Shown here: in pieces, positions 1-13,100 of the stretch | Numbering within the stretch: position 1 is the stretch's first letter | Layout of the letters: every line of letters begins with the position of its first letter | Origin: Bugula neritina | Lineage: Eukaryota > Animalia > Bryozoa | Assembly (NCBI GenBank): GCA_964035545.1 | Contig: OZ037770.1 | Location: 7,880,973-7,944,972, forward strand | Direction: 5' to 3' | Length of the DNA stretch: 64,000 nt | The notes under the pieces: model-generated | Told to the model about the DNA's origin: nothing | Database searches by the model: none | Seen by the model: only the letters and a program-made list of their open reading frames with translations | Program-made: the position numbers and the translations under genes

Positions 1-292
1 ATACTGTATACATGTGATATATTATAGTATACTGTATACATGTAATATAGTATAGTATTAGTATACTGTATACATGTGATATAGTATAGTATACTGTATA
101 CATGTAATATAGTATAGTATACTGTATACATGTAATATAGTATAGTACACTGTATACATGTAATATAGTATAGTATACTATATACATATTATATAGTATA
201 CTATACTATATACATGTGATATAGTATACTGTATACATGTGGTATAGTATACTGTATACATGTGATATAGTATACTGCATACATGTAATATA
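1..292. repeat. Intronic minisatellite, ~23-28 bp unit (ATACTGTATACATGTRATATAGT[ATAGT])
   Basis: About 11 tandem copies visible; ends ~25 bp from the donor of the MEAK7-like exon at 319. Confidence 0.9.
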
Positions 293-318
293 GTGAAGAG
301 GAAGTAGTATATTTTTAC

Positions 319-3300
319 CTGCTATCAAATAGCAAAGTCCATTTCTCTCTAAGCTTCTGAGGTATAGACTGGTTTATAGTGATCACATCTCCAACTCTCA
401 ACAAGTTTGTGTGGTCTTCCATCCCTTTCTTACCAAAGAATATTGGGAGAAGAGATCTCTCAGGCTAAAAGGTGACACAACACAGCTTTAGTTAATAAAA
501 GTTATTATTATAATTTGTTCATTTTTTTACATATAAGCTGAAGTTTGCTGCTAGAGAATAATATACTCATCGGCCAGGGTTGGGGTGATTGTAATTTGTA
601 ATTGTAATTGGTTGTAATTAATTACACTTTTTCAAGTAATTGAATGTAATTTGTAATTGATGTATAAAAATGTAATTGTAATTAATTACATACATAATGT
701 AATTGAACTTTGCAATTACTTTATAATTACATGTCAATTACTTCAAATTTTGAAATCTTAAAAATTTTATACTTTTCCTACCATGCCTATTGTTGAATGA
801 CAAATTCAGATTAATTTAACGTAGTATAGTAGTTGGACCGCAGAAGTTAGAGTGTATAAATGGTATTCATCTCTTGTGAGCACAAAAGTAATTGTAATTA
901 ATTACATTACTTTTCAACTGTAATTATATTTGTAATTGTAATTGACAAATTTTTATGTAATTGTAATCAATTACATTCATATGTAATTGACCCCAACCCT
1001 GGTATCTGTGCCACTCCATGTAAATCTTTCATTACAGATTACATCAACAAAACATTTAAGGTAACTGTTAATTGTGCTTGTGGAAAAATCACCATGTATG
1101 AAAAAATCATCCGGGGAGGGGGGGAAGATGCATGATAAACTAGCAAGCTACACAATACCACAATTAGCTTCAACTCCTGTATATTGTTTCTCTCCCCTAA
1201 CGAGTATAATAAACTCTCTGTGACTCTATTACAGTAAATTATAATTGTGTATTTCAATGAAATATTGGTTCAAGATTCCCACCTCATCGCATACAGGAAA
1301 GAGGGTTTGGAAGGTGGAAGTGAAACAGGCAGGGAAGAGAGAAGGTTGACCACACCATTTCAGTATATCCTCTTCAGAATACGCTGCATCTGGTATACTT
1401 TGTACGGTCTTGGAGCTTAAACCTAGTAAGAATAGACCATGTAAAACTCAGCCAATCAGCGAAGTGTACCAGGTCAATGTCTTACCATTGTAACTGATAT
1501 AAAATTCTGCAAGTTCAATTGCAAAATGCATGCTTCTAAAAGCTAGTTGTGCAACTTTTTTTTCATGCATTATTTAATTTCATATCTTAAATTGATGACT
1601 CTTGAAATGATTTTTTAAAATGTCTAAATTAAGTGTTTATAAAACGCAAATAAAAATTGCGTGTCTAGAAAAATGACCTGGTACACTTTTGCAACTTAAG
1701 GCCAATTATTACATAACTGCCAGCTTAGTAGTTATTTGTTGTAGCAGCTTGAATGGGTTATTGTTTAGCATTGGAAGCTTGCAGTAAACATCTGTGAATT
1801 TGGTACATGACTTTGATTGGCTGGTTTTTGAATGGCCCTTTAGTATATGCATCTGGATGGCTGGGTAGTATGGACTCCGCTTACATCTAGCTAATGTACA
1901 GTAGCCAATCCACAGTAGTATTACAAAATTTCTGTTTAACAAATGAAATATTCTGGTCATTTGTTTTGTACTTTACAATAGTAAATATTCTATTCAACTA
2001 GAATTTTATTGTATGTAAGCCATGGGAACTACTAAGAGGTTAAATCAACCACCCATGCTGGTAATATTGTTGCTCGCAGTAATAGCAAGTCCACACCGTA
2101 TAAATATACACATAAGCTATTATGTGCAGCTTATGAATGCTGAAATGACCCCATTTCTTACTTACAATTTGAAAAAAATTGTATTACATATTCTGCCACT
2201 TCTGCACCAGGAATTTGTTTTCCTTTTAAATTTTGAAAATAGTAGTCAGTTTCTGCAGCAGTCAACTGCATCCACAATAAACAACGTAAGCTTTCAAATA
2301 AACTATAAGTATATGAAATATTAAGTGTAGAAACAATGTAATTTAGTTCTTGCTATGATGAAAAATTACAAGAATATTATATTATAAAAGCTAGATATAG
2401 ATTTCTATAAAATGGCACAGGTAAAAATAACACATTTTTACTTCAAATTCTAAATTTCATCAGTCACCAATGGTGGCTGTAGATTACAGAGAGCATAGCA
2501 GACTATCATAATCATAAGGATGGTCAGCCCACTGAGTAAAATCCAACTCCAACCTTTCATTTGGGTTACCAACGCACTAAAGCATATAATGTAAGACGCA
2601 CAAAAAACGCAGTGGTTTTAATGAAACATGTGAAGGAAGCGAACAGAAAACGTTATCAACAGAGTCAGCTGATATAGAGCAACAGAACTCATCTGACAGC
2701 CATCCTCATAGTCAGACTTCATCAGATGTAACTGAGTTACCAGAATCATCAACTACTCAGAAAAAAAGATCTGCACATTCTATTGATAGACGAAAATTAA
2801 AAGTTGGAAGAAAAGGCTCAAAAAGATCCACGTTTAAACAAAAAGCAGCTATTGAAAACGTAAAAGTTTTTAAAACTTTCATCACTACAGATGAGCAAAC
2901 TAAATTCTATACTATTTTTTAGCAAGGTGAAAATTATGATTTTTTTATTGCAAAGATAGACTATTGTTTATTACAAATAAACAATGCAAGTCTCACTATG
3001 CTAAAATTTCTACATTGATTAAATTTGATGTGTAGTAAAACTGTCATTTTAATTAAATTTGTTGCAGTGTGAGTACATCATTCATACATTTTTTATTAAA
3101 GATGTTGTTTTATGTAAGATATTCATAAATACCACAGTGGACATCTGTATGCTTTGACTTATTTAGTTTAGGGTTTTATTTAAACAAGCAGCAGTATTTT
3201 ATTTGTGGACAAATTGACTCACTTTCTCTAGGAAAAGTAAATTGTTTTGACTTAAATTTTCCTTGGTTATTTTAAAGCTTATCAAAAGTGGCCTCCATAT

Positions 3301-6300
3301 AATTTAATTTTTAGCTGAAACTAACTCAGTGGTTAAAACTAAAATAGTTTACACTTGTTACTAGTTTCACTTATTTACAAACATTATTAAATGCTATTCT
3401 AGAAATAATATGGGTATAGTATAATTATAAAATGAAGTAATAATTGTTTGTCCACAGTATTTGTTTAAACTCATAACTTCATTCAAAGCATGTATTCATA
3501 CAACTAGCTTACCATGTACTGTTACAGTATTATGTAACACATGTTGACACACATTACATTCTGTTTGGATGGTGATATATTGGGTCAAGCCTTCAGCTAG
3601 CAGTTCTTGAACTTCATAGTTGTTGCAAAATATAACTGAAGCTACTTACCAGAGGGTAAAAACTGCTGAATGAATACAAACTAAGCACAAAATTTATTTA
3701 GCACATACATTATAATTTGAATCATAATTTAATTTTCATTTTTTATTTTCTATATTTAGATTTATATGTCCGAAGATGAAAGTTCTTATTTTCCAAAAAA
3801 AGTTAACAAAACAAGATGAACTTTTATTGGCTTTGATGAAGCTGCGTCAAGGTTTACAGTTTCAAATACTTGCTGGCCTTTTTTATATCTCTAGATTGCT
3901 AGCAAGCAAAACCTTCAAAAACACATTAGATATTTTAACAAGAGAACTGAACAATCTAATAGTTTTTCCAACAAGAGAGAAGCTGAACATCCCTCTGAGC
4001 TTTCAAAGCCAATATGCTACCATATATTTATAGTTTATTTGAAAGCTAACGTTGTGGATGTTGACTGCTATAGAAACTGACTACTATTTTCAAAATTTAA
4101 AAGGAAAACAAATTCCTGGTGCAGAAGTGGCAGAATATGTAATACAATTTTTTTTAAGTTGAAAGTAAGAAATGGGGTCATTTCAGCATTCATAAGCTGC
4201 ACATACTAGCTTATGTGTATATTTATACGGTGTGGACTTGCTATTACTGCGAGCAACAATATTACCAGCATGGGTGGTTGATTTAACCTCTTAGTAGTTC
4301 CCATGGCTTACATACAATAAAATTCTAGTTGAATAGAATATTTACTATTGTAAAGTACAAAACAAATGACCAGAATATTTCATTTGTTAAATAGAAATTT
4401 TGTAATACTACTGTGGATTGGCTACTGTACATTAGCTAGATGTAGGCGGAGTCCACACTACCCAGCCATCCAGACGCATATACTAAAGGGCCATTCAAAA
4501 ACCAGCCAATCAAAGTCATGTACCAAATTCACAGATGTTTACTGCAAGCTTCCAATGCTTAACAATAACCCATTCAAGCTGCAACAACAAATAACTACTA
4601 AGCTGGCAGTTATGTAATAATTGGCCTTAAGTTGCAAAAGTGTACCAGGTCATTTTTCTAGACACGCAATTTTTATTTGCGTTTTATAAACACTTAATTT
4701 AGACATTTTAAAAAACCATTTCAAGAGTCATCAATTTAAGATATGAAATTAAATAATGCATGAAAAAAAAGTTGCACAACTAGCTTTTAGAAGCATGCAT
4801 TTTGCAATTGAACTTGCAGAATTTTATATCAGTTACAATGGTAAGACATTGACCTGGTACACTTCGCTGATTGGCTGAGTTTTACATGGTCTATTACCAG
4901 AACTGTGTTATACAATAATTATAGAAGGGCCGGTGCCTCATCCCTGACTACAATAATAATAAACTATGAGGCTATATTATTCCGAATGAGACGAATCATT
5001 AGCATGTGAATTAGTCTTTATAAAAGGTGAACTGATGTTATAAATGTTAGCAAAACTTCTAATATTATAAGAATTAACAGTCGTATAGTTTTAACTTGTA
5101 TATTCGATTTGACAGCTACAGTAGATAAATAAATAAATGAGTGCCTGCGTACGTGCATGTTAGAACGTACGCACACTATATCTGATTCAATTAATTACTT
5201 TTAAGCTGAAAATGAGCACACACGCATATAAATCATAATATGACTTACGCGCCTTGCGGTCAGGATAAAATAGGTCATTTAATAAAAAGTAGGTCAGTAA
5301 ATCTAGCTCCGAGTAGGAAACTCGTATCGGCAACGTCCACAATCGAGAATCTAACTTCTTATGTATGTTCAGCATGTCAAAGTAGCTAGATATCACGCTC
5401 TTCACAAACTACAAACATTAAACTGCCTGTTAGCCTGAGATCAGCATGATGTATTTTTCTGAGGAGAGGGTGCGCTTCTCACAATTCTATAAATAATAGT
5501 ATCGGTAGATTTTAGGAGTTTATTCAAAGGCTGACATCTCTATCACGTGCTAGTGCTAAAGGAACATGGAGCATCTAATAGAGCAGATCAGGAAGTATAT
5601 AAAAACACCAACATTAGCCATGCAGCGTAGTCTGGTACTGGCAGCTGCTGACAGAGAAAGAAAGCACATGATTGGTCAATTGAAACAGTAATTAACTAGT
5701 GATGGACAACTACTTAATAGTCTGAGACAAGCAAGTGTTTCTGTCCTAGGTGCATACTTTTAGGATTTTGAAATCACACTCGAAGCACATGTTACAACAA
5801 TACACATCGAACCATCTGCACACACTCAAATGTCAAGGACCAAGGATGATCACTCACACTGAACAGTTCTTTAGCACTAAGTCCCGACTCTGGAGCACTT
5901 GATGCCAGAGTGTATATGATGTGAGCTCTTTTATCAGTGCGGCAGCTGACTAGGTGTGCTATTACAGTATAGAAAGAAGCTTCAGTGACGCGAGCCGATC
6001 CAGAGGGTCTAGTGTGAGTCATGCGATGGAATATTCTAGTAATAACATTTTCAGCAAGTCCGTTACCTAAATGTGCCTGAAATAAAAAAAATTAAATATC
6101 CTCATATCATGAATATATGCATCACTTATAGATAATAAAAAAACTCACCCCTGATGGAAAGGGTTTTTGTTAAAGCGGGCTAAAGACTTATTTAAATGGA
6201 GCATAGGAGCAACTATGACTGGATGCTCTTCCTGACATCACCAATGGCCTTTGTCGGGGCTCGAACCCATGACCTCCTGTTTACTAGGCAAACGCTTTAA

Positions 6301-6698
6301 CCCCTAAACCACGGCTGCTCCATGATAGATAATACAATAAATATAAAAACATTAGTATTCCATAAGAAACAGCACACAATGTACAGAATTTTAGCAGCGA
6401 ATCAGTTAGCATATTGATCACATGAAGAATGGATTTTTATAACTAATTAGAATCCAAGCTTTGCATGGATATCCACCCAACTATTTGACAACACTTAAAC
6501 TATGTTATTGACTCTGTTGTACAATACAAGTGTTAATATTCCTTTGATTACCTTAAGCAAGTTGTTGGTAATTTCATCGTATCCATTCAAAAATTTTTCA
6601 TAAAGATTTTCAAACTTTTGCTTTTCTTCAGATGAAAAGCCAATCAAGCTGGCTTGAGCTCTTTTTCTTTCACTTTCTCGACTATTTTCATTTCCCAT
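319..6698 (-). CDS. MEAK7: MEAK7/TLDC1-like TLDc-domain protein, 5' coding exons; gene continues past the window start
   Basis: Phase-consistent exons 6698-6552 (MGNENSRESERKRAQ..., N-terminal Gly), 6076-5858, 5408-5249, 1422-1283 and 464-319 (PERSLLPIFF...INQSIPQKLREKWTLLFDSR, resembling the entry to a TLDc domain). All introns GT-AG. Confidence 0.7.
575..1001. mobile_element. hAT-like MITE with GTAATT/AATTAC subterminal repeats
   Basis: 11-bp TIRs CAGGGTTGGGG / CCCCAACCCTG and many internal GTAATT motifs; no intact 8-bp TSD. Confidence 0.7.
2449..2515 (-). pseudogene. Transposase C-terminal remnant in inverted orientation
   Basis: Reads MIMIVCYALCNLQPPLVTDEI*, matching the VC.ALCNLQPPLV C-terminus typical of ISL2EU/DDE_Tnp_4 transposases. 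Confidence 0.7.
2516..4033 (+). pseudogene. Transposase N-terminal remnant (THAP tail + HTH_Tnp_4-like)
   Basis: KDGQPTE*NPTPTFHLGY (2516-2570, THAP-end-like); FITTDEQTKFYT (~2878-2913); LTKQDELLLALMKLRQGLQFQILAGLFYISRLLASKTF (3776-4033). No DDE core seen. Confidence 0.75.
6146..6320 (-). mobile_element. tRNA-derived SINE, 3'-truncated copy
   Basis: Reverse complement has a tRNA-like head (GTGGTTTAGGGG A-box-like, CCTAGTAA anticodon loop, GGTTCGAGCCC B-box) followed by GGAAGAGCATCCAGTC; homologous to four other copies in the window. Confidence 0.8.
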
Positions 6699-7729
6699 TA
6701 GGATTTTCGGAGTAAGCAAACAGTTAAAGTCTGTGACTAAAAGAAAGTCAACTTTTAAAAACTAAAATTGATAATAGTGATTAATCAAAGTTTACTCATA
6801 GTATAAACTGCTCACTAGATATGTATTCTAAAGCAGTTTCTAGGATCTTAATGCTATAGAAGTTGTAGGTGTTGAAATTTTAATGACCACATAAGCATAA
6901 CTATTAATTAAAGTGGAGTAAAACAGCATAATATAAAAACAATAGGAATTCACTGCTAAGAAGGTGGGCAATAGCAGGTCACTTTTCATATTAATATATA
7001 ATTCAGTTAAATTATAAAAATGGTTTATTATACAGAAAAATTAGTTTAGCTTCAAAGTGTCTTTAAAAATGACTATCATTCTAGATTCACAGCACATAAA
7101 ATACGTTCATGAACTATAATTAGTCTTCAATCAAAAGTTATTTAGCTTTTGCACTGTAATAATAATTTTAGTAAGTCAGTTTCATTATTACAAAACCAAA
7201 TCTGAAACAGAGCAACTAAATTATGAAAATAAAGCATAAGCTTAGAAAAAATTAAAAACACAACATTAACTCAGTCATTTATAAATGGCAAGTTACAATT
7301 ATGATAGCCATAAGCTATATTCACACTCATAGTCGCCATGGTCTGATCATGATGATTAGTAAAGCAATAAAAATATAAATCTACGATTAAATATGAATGT
7401 CAATGGCTACTTGTTTTGAAGTCAGTTATTTACTTTTCATAAAATTTATAATCAAAATTAAAATAATCATATAAATTATTATACAGCTCAAAAGTAAAAA
7501 GAACAAAAATAAAAGTTAACAATTTGATATTTAGAAAATCATAATATAAATTTGAGCTACATATAATAAGAATAGCCTTACTGCCAACTTGAAGTTACTT
7601 TAATCAGAATGACATAAATTAGTAATTTTAGGCAGAGTTACTTTTAAGTGAATCTAGGACATTTTAATGAAAGACATGTTTTTTCATTCACAGATTTAGA
7701 ATCATTGGGTCACAAAATATGTGTAAGAG

Positions 7730-7947
7730 TAATAAGACTCGCACAAGTTTATAGTCGCCATTCCTGTGAGAAACCACTGATGAAAGGGTTTTTTGTTATA
7801 TCGAGCTAAGGAATTATTCAGATGGGGCACAGGAGCAATTATGACTGGATGCTCTTCCGAACATCACCAATGGCCTCTGTCGGGGTTTGAACCCATAACT
7901 TCGTGTTTACTAGGCAAACGCTCTAACCCCTAGACAACGACTGCTTC
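7730..7947 (-). mobile_element. tRNA-derived SINE, near full length
   Basis: Same family as 6146, 32883 and 53855. Confidence 0.8.
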
Positions 7948-8561
7948 CTTATATGTGAAACATTATTACCTCCTAATAAACCTGTGATACAAGATTCTAT
8001 ACAAGTTGAGGTTTAGTTTTCTTTGAAAGTCTATAAATTAGATATCCTTGAAATATCAGCCTTCTGTAAGTTCAAATCATCTCCCCCTATTCCTGCCTCA
8101 TTTTAATAGCATATAACCAAACTATTCACAAGATATCCACACACTGAAGGTGGAGGATGCTTATATCTAGTACAAGAATGCATTACTACTTGCAATTACA
8201 AAAAATTGAAAAACTTATCAGCAAATAAACTATTCCGCAATTTTTAGGTTGAAGGTGTTTTGCCATGTGTGAAGGAATAAGTGTTGTCTTTACACGACTA
8301 CCTCTGGGTGTTATCATCGTAAATACTAAGATGACAGACTCAACAAGCCAAAAGCAGAAACAGTAACAGATATCAAGAGAAAATAATTCTTGTGTTTCAA
8401 CAATTTTAGTTTTAAAAATGCAAGCGGTACTGAGTTTATACATCACAAAATGAGTTCATATAATGTTAGTCCGTGCCATGACTGAGCTACTGTTGATTTT
8501 GAAGTTTACCATTTTATTATAGTTATACAACATTTACAATTCACTGCGTATTTATTTTCAA

Positions 8562-9082
8562 GTACCATTCCAGATAGACGCTTCCCAGTTAGACGCTAGG
8601 CTAAACTTCCCACTTAGACACTTCCCACATGGACGCTTCCCAGTTAGACGGTATATATTTATTTGGTACAATATATGTATTTTATGTGCAACTTATTTGA
8701 ATATTATTGAAATATATGTATATATAAACTAATTTTTGATTATTAGAGTTCTTTTAATCTTGAAATATATTCCTTTGATCTGCATTAACTTACTAATTTT
8801 GCATTTTCTATACTCTTGTTGTTCGAAAAAATATTTCCTTAATAAGTATTCATTAAAGATAATGTCTATTATTAATGTATTACTGTTTTTTGTTCCACAC
8901 AAATCCGTGAAAATTGGAATATTATTCCAGATAATTCATATTAACTATAAGCTCATGTGTGGCCATCAATACAACAGTTATATAGGTATATATCGGTAGA
9001 TTGCTATATGTTTTGTACCAAAATAAAAAAATAGCATCTAACTGGGATCGTCTAACTGGGAAGCGTCTATCTGAGATGAAAC
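8562..9082. mobile_element. MITE (possibly Mutator-like) with repeated TTCCCAGTTAGACG subterminal motifs
   Basis: CAGATAGACGCTTCCCAGTTAGACG at left and its reverse complement at ~9050-9074; TTTATTTT on both flanks as a possible TSD. Confidence 0.7.
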
Positions 9083-9979
9083 TTTATTTTACATCTTGAC
9101 TTTGATTTTCACTATTGTTCAATTTTTTGAGCAATTATTGTTTAGCCTGCCCGATTTTCAACTTCTGCCTAAGCCAATGATCAACTTCTTGTTTCTCTTT
9201 TGTTTGCCAAAAAAATTTGTTACCATATAGTAGGTTTTCGTTTATTAATTGGTAAAACCTCTCAATTAATTACTTTTGAGTTGATACAGACTGAGATTTA
9301 ACTTGAAAACATATATTATTACATATAAAAATGCAAAAATTCCTTTATTTATAAAGTTTTACTATATTTAATATTATAGCATTAAACATAAAGTCCATAG
9401 ATTGAAACTATAATAAAACGAAAATGCTATATTTTAACATAACCAATTACATTAATTGCAATATCAATATAAAAAATATTAAACATTACTACTAGTATAA
9501 CTGACTATTAGTGCAACTTCAAGTTTAGGTTGAACTAGGAAATTGAAATTATTGTTCAAACAAATATTAAGTAGACTTCAACTAACACTAGCTTTAATTT
9601 TAAACAAGTAAGTTATTTAGATTAAAATTTAGCAAAACCAGCACAATTCACTCACTTATTGTCAATGTCATTAATATTGCCTTTGCACATACTAGAGTCG
9701 AGACTAACTATATTAATATAAGTATATTGCTAAAAGTAAAAGTAAAACCTGAACACTAAAACTTTCAGTAAAACTAAAACTAAAACTAAAAGGGAAATAA
9801 AAAATAAAATATATAATGATTATTTATTACCATCATATTTGGAATAATAATATCATTTAATATTTATATCATAAGAAAAATTAAAAACAATGAATACTTT
9901 AATTATTTATATAAATATAATAAATATAATTATAAATATAATTATATTAATTAAATATTAAAAAAAAATATTATATACT

Positions 9980-10159
9980 AGTATGTTCGCATAACTCTAA
10001 ATGGCCTTGACCTTTGAAGAAACTTTAGGAATGGGCCAGTTAAAATTGGCCTATTACTGACAGACCGGATATCGCCTTTGAAAATGGCTGACGTTTAGAT
10101 TTTTACAAAACTTGTGTTAGGATAGTTGTTAGTAAAGAATGTCCTAAAAGCTCTACAAA
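9980..10159. promoter_or_regulatory. Probable promoter/5' UTR of the SENP gene, head-to-head with MEAK7-like
   Basis: Less AT-rich patch after a very AT-rich tract; AAAATGGC (YY1-like) at ~10081; directly upstream of the ATG at 10160. Confidence 0.35.
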
Positions 10160-13100
10160 ATGAATCAAAATTATTTTTCAGGTAATTATATTTAAATATT
10201 ATGTCTTTCATATTTTTTCAACTTTACTGAACGTATGTGCTTATCGATAACGTGCTTATAAAAAATTTGTCCCCCTCTTTTATAATTTTTCTAAATCCGA
10301 CCCTGACAGTGACTGTGAGTGTGACTACCGACTAGTAGCAATAATCATGTGCATTTCTGCTTCTGAATAGAACATTGCAGACGAATCAATTTGCAACATT
10401 CGTACCTTCAATATTAGGCGTGTGCTCTCGCTGAGTTGCACTGGCATTCAATTTCATTATCATAAAGTGATTATCGACCACGTCGTGATACTGATACTGA
10501 TAGTCATAGTCATCAGTGTCAAGTCGGTACTAAAGTTAAAGTTAATCTTTATCTTTAGTGATTACATTTTGATTTAGTTTTACTATTTTTATAACTTAAT
10601 TATTATTAATATTATCATTATGTCTGTTGGTATTATTAAATTGTGATAACTATCAGTATCTAGTTATACTTATTATTCTGTTAGTATTAGACTTAGTATA
10701 ATACTATTACTAATCATCTGCTTCCTTTAAAGTTTATTGGGCTTGGCCTTGCTCATTATCATTATCATTATGGGATTCTGAATCCTCACCTGTTGGTTTT
10801 AATACACCGTGATTGATTCAAGCAGCAAATTTTTCCAGGCTTAGCTTTCCATTGAAAGCTAATGACTTTTTTACTGCTATCTTATGGTCTCAATATGTAA
10901 CCAGGTGCTATTTTTAAGGATTGAATTTAGTGAACACATGATCAGTATCTAAATAAACTTGCTTATTCTCAAATTCCATTAGTTTGCCTAAAAAGAAAAT
11001 TAAAAACTTGGTGAAAGGATGTAAATCTTGTTGCTCGTTGTTACTTGTAGCTTTTGCTAGAGTGGCTGATGGTGGAGATGGTAGTCCAAGCAGCCAGGCA
11101 ACTCTGCCACAGACATATCACCAGCTGGCTGCGTTTAGCATGCCCCATATGAATGCCACTGCTTTTCCTTCATCCTCTGCTCCCTCTTCAAACAATCCTG
11201 CTCCTGCACACTCACACCTCGCATCCTCGTATGTATATAATATATAGTGTTGTGTATTATTCATTATTTTGTAATATACACTGTCAACTGTAGTGCAATT
11301 TTATAATAAAAAAGCTGTAAAAGTATTATTTAGTTCCTTTCAAGTGTGATTCAATGGTGTACAAGGTAAGATTTCATTACTCTGAAGTTGAGATATGTTT
11401 GTTTCAGAGGTCAGCAGGCAAGTATATGCCAAGTCTCACAGGCCCAGCAATGGGTAAGCTACGTGATTAGTTGTGTACTCCTTGTGATTGACTGAAATTT
11501 GCTTCTCTTTCTAACTTTATGAATTATAAGCGCATCAAACTTATTTGAGTGAATATTTCCTGAATTCATTCCTCAAGTTACTAATTGAACATTTGACCGA
11601 TCAAATTATTATGAATTTGTTTCTCTGGTCTTAAATTATACAGTTTTCATAATGTTGCAAATTGATGTAATCATTTTACTGTGGAATATTTTGATCATAT
11701 ACAATTGTACATGACATCTTGCTGTAGGCTCATATGGTATTTTATGATCAGTTGCATATTATTATTATCTGTTTCATTCTCCGATATGTTCTGATATGTG
11801 TGTACAGGTACAAAACGTAACAACACAGAGGCCTATTAATGATAACCAGTCTCGCTCTCTCCCTCACATCCTACCTACAACTAATCTAGGTGTGCCTGGC
11901 ACTCCGTTGTTAGAGTGGAATGGCAGAGAGTGGATTCCTCCACAGCAGAGTAGCATAGCTGCTGTTGCTGCCAGTCAACAAGGTGAGTAAACCATGGCGT
12001 AGTATGTAGTGATAATGTTAATAGTCTACAGAGTTAGTAGTCCACAGTATGATACACTAGTTTCCAAGGTTATTCGAATTGATTTTTCATTCGATGTTTA
12101 GAAACAGTTGCATCAAATGAAACCCCAACCACAAGTCCATCTGTTTGAGCATCCATTTGCTCAAATCAGTGGAAACCCAGTGATATAGTGATAGTGATCA
12201 TTAGTCAACATAGTTAGTAGTTTACAGACAGTCAGACAGTAGTTTACAGACAGTCGAGGTAATATAGTAGCAGTTACTAAAATGTAATGAATGGTTTGTA
12301 AAACATTTTTTTTTTTATAATTATTCATTCATAATTTACCCAATTTATAACATTGAGTTCTATTGACAAATGTTTTAGTGAGTCTACAGAACGCTACAGT
12401 TCAGAATATCCCAGCTACTTACACTGCACTTGGTCAGTTGGGGGGTTGGAATACAAACCTCCCTCAGCAGCAGCTTCACGATAATCAGCAGGTGTGTGAG
12501 GCTTACTGTTATATACTTCCGGCAGTCAGTGCCTTGCCACTTGTTACAATAGCCACATAAATAAATTGATGCGGTAGAATTTTAATGTTTTTATATGGCA
12601 GAGTTACAGCTTTCTGTGTTGTCAGTTTTAGTGTAAATTATGACTTATTAAATGTTATCATTAAACACTAGAAGATGCTTTGTGTGATTTGGACCTGGTA
12701 CTCATGACACTAGTTACCAAAAGTTCTGATAATTTAATGTTGGACTTAGTTATATTTGGCACGTAAATTGTTGATGTTTTAGCACTATCATCGTATGTTC
12801 CTTACCTTCCTTGTCTAAGTAGTTTTGCCTACTCCTGGTGGTTGCTATATATACTCACTCTGTGTTTACTAATGAAGATTTTAACTCTGTGATTTAGTTT
12901 TTAATTCAAGTAATGGTATACTCCACACTTGAGTAATGTAATATTTGTCAAGTGTAGGTCAAGTCATTTGAAGGTAATTGCTAAGTCATCAATGTAAGTT
13001 GACTGAAACACGTAAATGAAACTTATCACTTAAAATATTTGATACATTTATTCTCATAAGTTTTCTCATTGACCAAATTACTTCTGGATTTCTGTTGCAA

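Larger units (their letters stand above)
1434..4892. mobile_element. Non-autonomous ISL2EU-type (PIF/Harbinger-related) DNA transposon with ~880-bp inverted arms
   Basis: 1434-~2315 is the near-identical reverse complement of ~4021-4892. Termini AGACCATG...CATGGTCT are flanked by AT (1432-33, 4893-94). Internal transposase remnants are present. Confidence 0.85.

Noticed and set aside
1709-4617. Twin 83-aa ORFs (1709-1960 -, 4366-4617 +) and ORF 2022-2324
   Set aside because: They are mirror images within the transposon's inverted arms and show no protein motifs.
7765-7800. Hammerhead ribozyme core (CTGATGA...GAAA) in the SINE
   Set aside because: The motif is not conserved in the other copies and I could not build the required stems.
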